Position numbers and translations under genes: made by a program. From Burkholderiales bacterium (GTDB lineage Bacteria > Pseudomonadota > Gammaproteobacteria > Burkholderiales > Usitatibacteraceae), in the NCBI GenBank assembly GCA_026125445.1, contig JAHCLE010000002.1:946-64945 (forward strand): a stretch of DNA of 64,000 bases. The letters run 5' to 3'. The notes beneath the pieces are model-generated. The model had not been told where the DNA came from. It saw only the letters and a program-made list of their open reading frames with translations, and ran no database searches. Positions 62,147 to 64,000 of the stretch are shown in pieces (within the stretch, counting starts at the first letter, position 1; every line of letters begins with the position of its first letter).

Positions 62147-63161
62147 GGACGCGGGCGAGGTTCTCGGTGGCGGCGAGGTAGGCGGCGCTCGCCTTGAGGG
62201 CCGCGGTGGAGATGGCGCGGCCGCGCATCGTCTCCAGGCGCTTGGCGAGCGTGGGCGCCACGGGGCGGCGCTCCAGGCCCTCGAGCATCGCGTCCTGGGC
62301 GCGCGGGTCGTTGCAGACCACCACCACGTCGCAGCCCGCGTTGAGCGCCGCGTTGGCGCGGGCGATCATGCCGCCAGCGGTGCTCGCCCCCTCCATCGAG
62401 AGGTCGTCGGAGAAGACGAGGCCGTCGAAGTGGAGCTTGTCGCGCAGCACCTTCTGCAGCCAGGCGGAGGAGAAGCCCGCGGGCTTCGAGTCCACCTTGG
62501 GGTAGATCACGTGCGCCGGCATCACCCCGCCCATCCCCGCGCGCGCCAGGCGCTGGAAGGGCACGAGGTCCTTCGCGGCGATCTCCGCCATGGGCCGGTC
62601 GTCCACGGGCACCTCGAGGTGGGAATCGGCCCGCACGTAGCCGTGGCCGGGGAAATGCTTGCCCACGGAGGTCATGCCGGCCGCGAAGAGCCCGGCCTGC
62701 AGCGCCTCGGCGAGGGTGGCGACCACGTCGGGATTGCGGTGCAGCGCCCGGTCGCCGATGACGCTCGATTCGCCGTAGTCCACGTCGAGGACCGGCGCGA
62801 AGGTGAAGTCCACGCCGTGGGCCTGCAGCTCGCTCGCGATCACGAAGCCGCAGCCGCGCGCGGCCGCCAGCGCCTGCGCGGGGTCGCGGTCGAAGAGCTT
62901 GCCCAGCTCGCGCATCGCGGGGATCGCCGTGAAGCCGTGGCGGAAGCGCTGCACGCGCCCGCCCTCGTGGTCCACGGCGACGAGGAGCGAGGGCTTGCGG
63001 ATCTCGCGGATGGAGTGGCAGAGCTGGATGAGCTGCAGGGGTGCCGCGAAGTTCCTCGCGAAGAGGATCACGCCGCCGACCTGCGGGTGCTGAAGGCGCT
63101 CGACGTCGTCGGCCGTGAGCTCCAGCCCCGAGACGTCCACCATCACCGGTCCGAGTCGCAT
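62136..63161 (-). CDS. nagZ: beta-N-acetylhexosaminidase (GH3, peptidoglycan recycling)
   Basis: 341 aa. 'VAVDHEGGRVQRF', 'KHFPGHG' and 'VFSDDLSM' motifs. Confidence 0.9.
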   Translation of the reverse strand: MRLGPVMVDVSGLELTADDVERLQHPQVGGVILFARNFAAPLQLIQLCHSIREIRKPSLLVAVDHEGGRVQRFRHGFTAIPAMRELGKLFDRDPAQALAAARGCGFVIASELQAHGVDFTFAPVLDVDYGESSVIGDRALHRNPDVVATLAEALQAGLFAAGMTSVGKHFPGHGYVRADSHLEVPVDDRPMAEIAAKDLVPFQRLARAGMGGVMPAHVIYPKVDSKPAGFSSAWLQKVLRDKLHFDGLVFSDDLSMEGASTAGGMIARANAALNAGCDVVVVCNDPRAQDAMLEGLERRPVAPTLAKRLETMRGRAISTAALKASAAYLAATENLARVRGV

Positions 63162-63170
63162 CTGTCCTTC

Positions 63171-63548
63171 CTATCCTTCGAGGACGACGAAGGCCATGGC
63201 CACTCCCGCGTCGTCGGTGAGCGAGAGGTGCGAGGCCTTCACCCCGAGGTCCTCGAGGTGGCGCGCCATTTCCGGGCTGGGCACCAGGCCCGGCTTGCCG
63301 CGCCCGTCGCGCCCCACGGAGACCGCGTGCCAGCGGAAGGGCGCGCGGATGCCGGTGCCGATCGCCTTGGAGAAGGCCTCCTTGGCGGCGAAGCGCTTGG
63401 CGAGGTGGCTCGCCTTCTGGCGCGTGTGGGCGTAGCGCGCGCGCTCCTCCGGGGTGAGGATGCGCTCGACGAAGCGCTCGCCCCAGCGCTCGATCGCCGC
63501 CGCCACGCGCCGGATCTCCACCACGTCGGTGCCCACGCCGAGGATCAC
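63171..63548 (-). CDS. acpS: holo-[acyl-carrier-protein] synthase
   Basis: 125 aa. 'ILGVGTDVVEIRR' and 'AKRFAAKEAFSKA' motifs. pdxJ-acpS synteny. Confidence 0.9.
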   Translation of the reverse strand: MILGVGTDVVEIRRVAAAIERWGERFVERILTPEERARYAHTRQKASHLAKRFAAKEAFSKAIGTGIRAPFRWHAVSVGRDGRGKPGLVPSPEMARHLEDLGVKASHLSLTDDAGVAMAFVVLEG

Positions 63549-64000
63549 CCTGCGCGCCCCCGGGCCAGCGCGTGGCCGGAGGCCGCGAGCATGAGGGACT
63601 TCATCTCGCGCACGGCCTCGCGCATGCCCACGAAGACGGCGCGGCTCACGATGGCATGCCCGATGTGCAGCTCGCGCACCCCCGGAAGCGCCGCCACGGG
63701 CTCGACGTTGAAGTAGTTGAGGGCGTGGCCGGCGTTGAAGCGCATGCCGAGCGCGCGGATGGCCTCGCCGGCGGCACGGATCTTCGCGAGCTCGGCGACC
63801 ACCGGCGCGCTCTCCGGGTCGCGCCCCTTGGAGTGGAAGGCGTGGGCGTAGGGCCCGGTGTGGATCTCGCAGACGCGCGCGCCCACGCGGGAGGCGGCCT
63901 CGACCTGCCTCGGGTCCGCGTCGATGAAGACGCTGGTCACGATCCCGGCGCCGGCGAGCCGCGACACGACGTCCCGGACCCTCGCCTCCTGCCCGGCGAT
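63545..64000 (-). CDS. pdxJ: pyridoxine 5'-phosphate synthase, 5'-truncated by the window edge
   Basis: C-terminal part 'SVFIDADPRQVEAA...EIHTG.YA...NAGHALNY.N...ELHIGHAIV' is colinear with my recollection of E. coli PdxJ. Confidence 0.85.
   Translation of the reverse strand: MAGQEARVRDVVSRLAGAGIVTSVFIDADPRQVEAASRVGARVCEIHTGPYAHAFHSKGRDPESAPVVAELAKIRAAGEAIRALGMRFNAGHALNYFNVEPVAALPGVRELHIGHAIVSRAVFVGMREAVREMKSLMLAASGHALARGRAG

Noticed and set aside
1-64000. CRISPR arrays, rRNA genes, IS elements, integrases, prophage genes and toxin-antitoxin or known defence-system genes.
   Set aside because: I saw no regularly spaced direct repeats, no rRNA-like segments and no transposase, integrase or recombinase-like translations in any listed ORF. 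The idea that DNA was inserted between the tRNAs therefore rests on synteny and flanking hairpins only, not on mobility genes.

Overview
Very GC-rich chromosomal segment. It is probably betaproteobacterial, judging from two Bug/TctC-family binding proteins, a HoxFUYH-type hydrogenase and the uvrC-pgsA-tRNA-Gly arrangement. I support about 60 protein genes and 3 tRNAs. I recognised no rRNA, CRISPR array, transposase, integrase or phage gene. Gene order, left to right: (1) hoxF-U-Y-H-W NAD-reducing [NiFe] hydrogenase operon (minus strand), preceded by tRNA-Leu(UAA) and an orphan ANTAR response regulator. (2) Cache-GGDEF diguanylate cyclase, two small hypothetical proteins and Hsp20. (3) A tightly overlapping minus-strand operon: acetyl-CoA-synthetase-like ligase, E1 alpha, E1 beta, lipoyl E2 and an ACP-like carrier, divergent from ppdK. 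(4) A degenerate GGDEF protein. (5) tcuB-tcuA plus GntR regulator, divergent from Bug, Ldh_2-family dehydrogenase, FMN hydroxy-acid dehydrogenase and a second Bug. (6) OGFr-like protein, Lrp/putA and dcp. (7) A YpfH-like esterase lacking its nucleophile, and a HisN-like phosphatase. (8) An unusual fumarate-reductase-like operon with a two-subunit Fe-S hydro-lyase embedded in it. (9) A divergent 13-gene plus-strand array: GntR, CoA-transferase, carboxyltransferase, biotin carboxylase, BCCP, second carboxyltransferase, ABC transporter, unknown membrane protein, CMD, ThDP enzyme and GMC oxidoreductase. (10) A DRG-family GTPase and tRNA-Cys. (11) Two paralogous secreted proteins that share an unassigned tandem domain, one fused to a purple-acid-phosphatase-like domain and one to a CotH kinase-like domain. 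(12) tRNA-Gly, pgsA, uvrC, nagZ, acpS and partial pdxJ. The best candidates for something new are the secreted CotH/phosphatase pair with its shared domain, a family of FNR-type palindromes upstream of otherwise unrelated operons, the E1/E2/ACP operon, and the fumarate-reductase/hydro-lyase hybrid operon with its neighbouring dual-carboxyltransferase cluster. All product calls rest on motifs read by eye and remembered family signatures. No database search was run.
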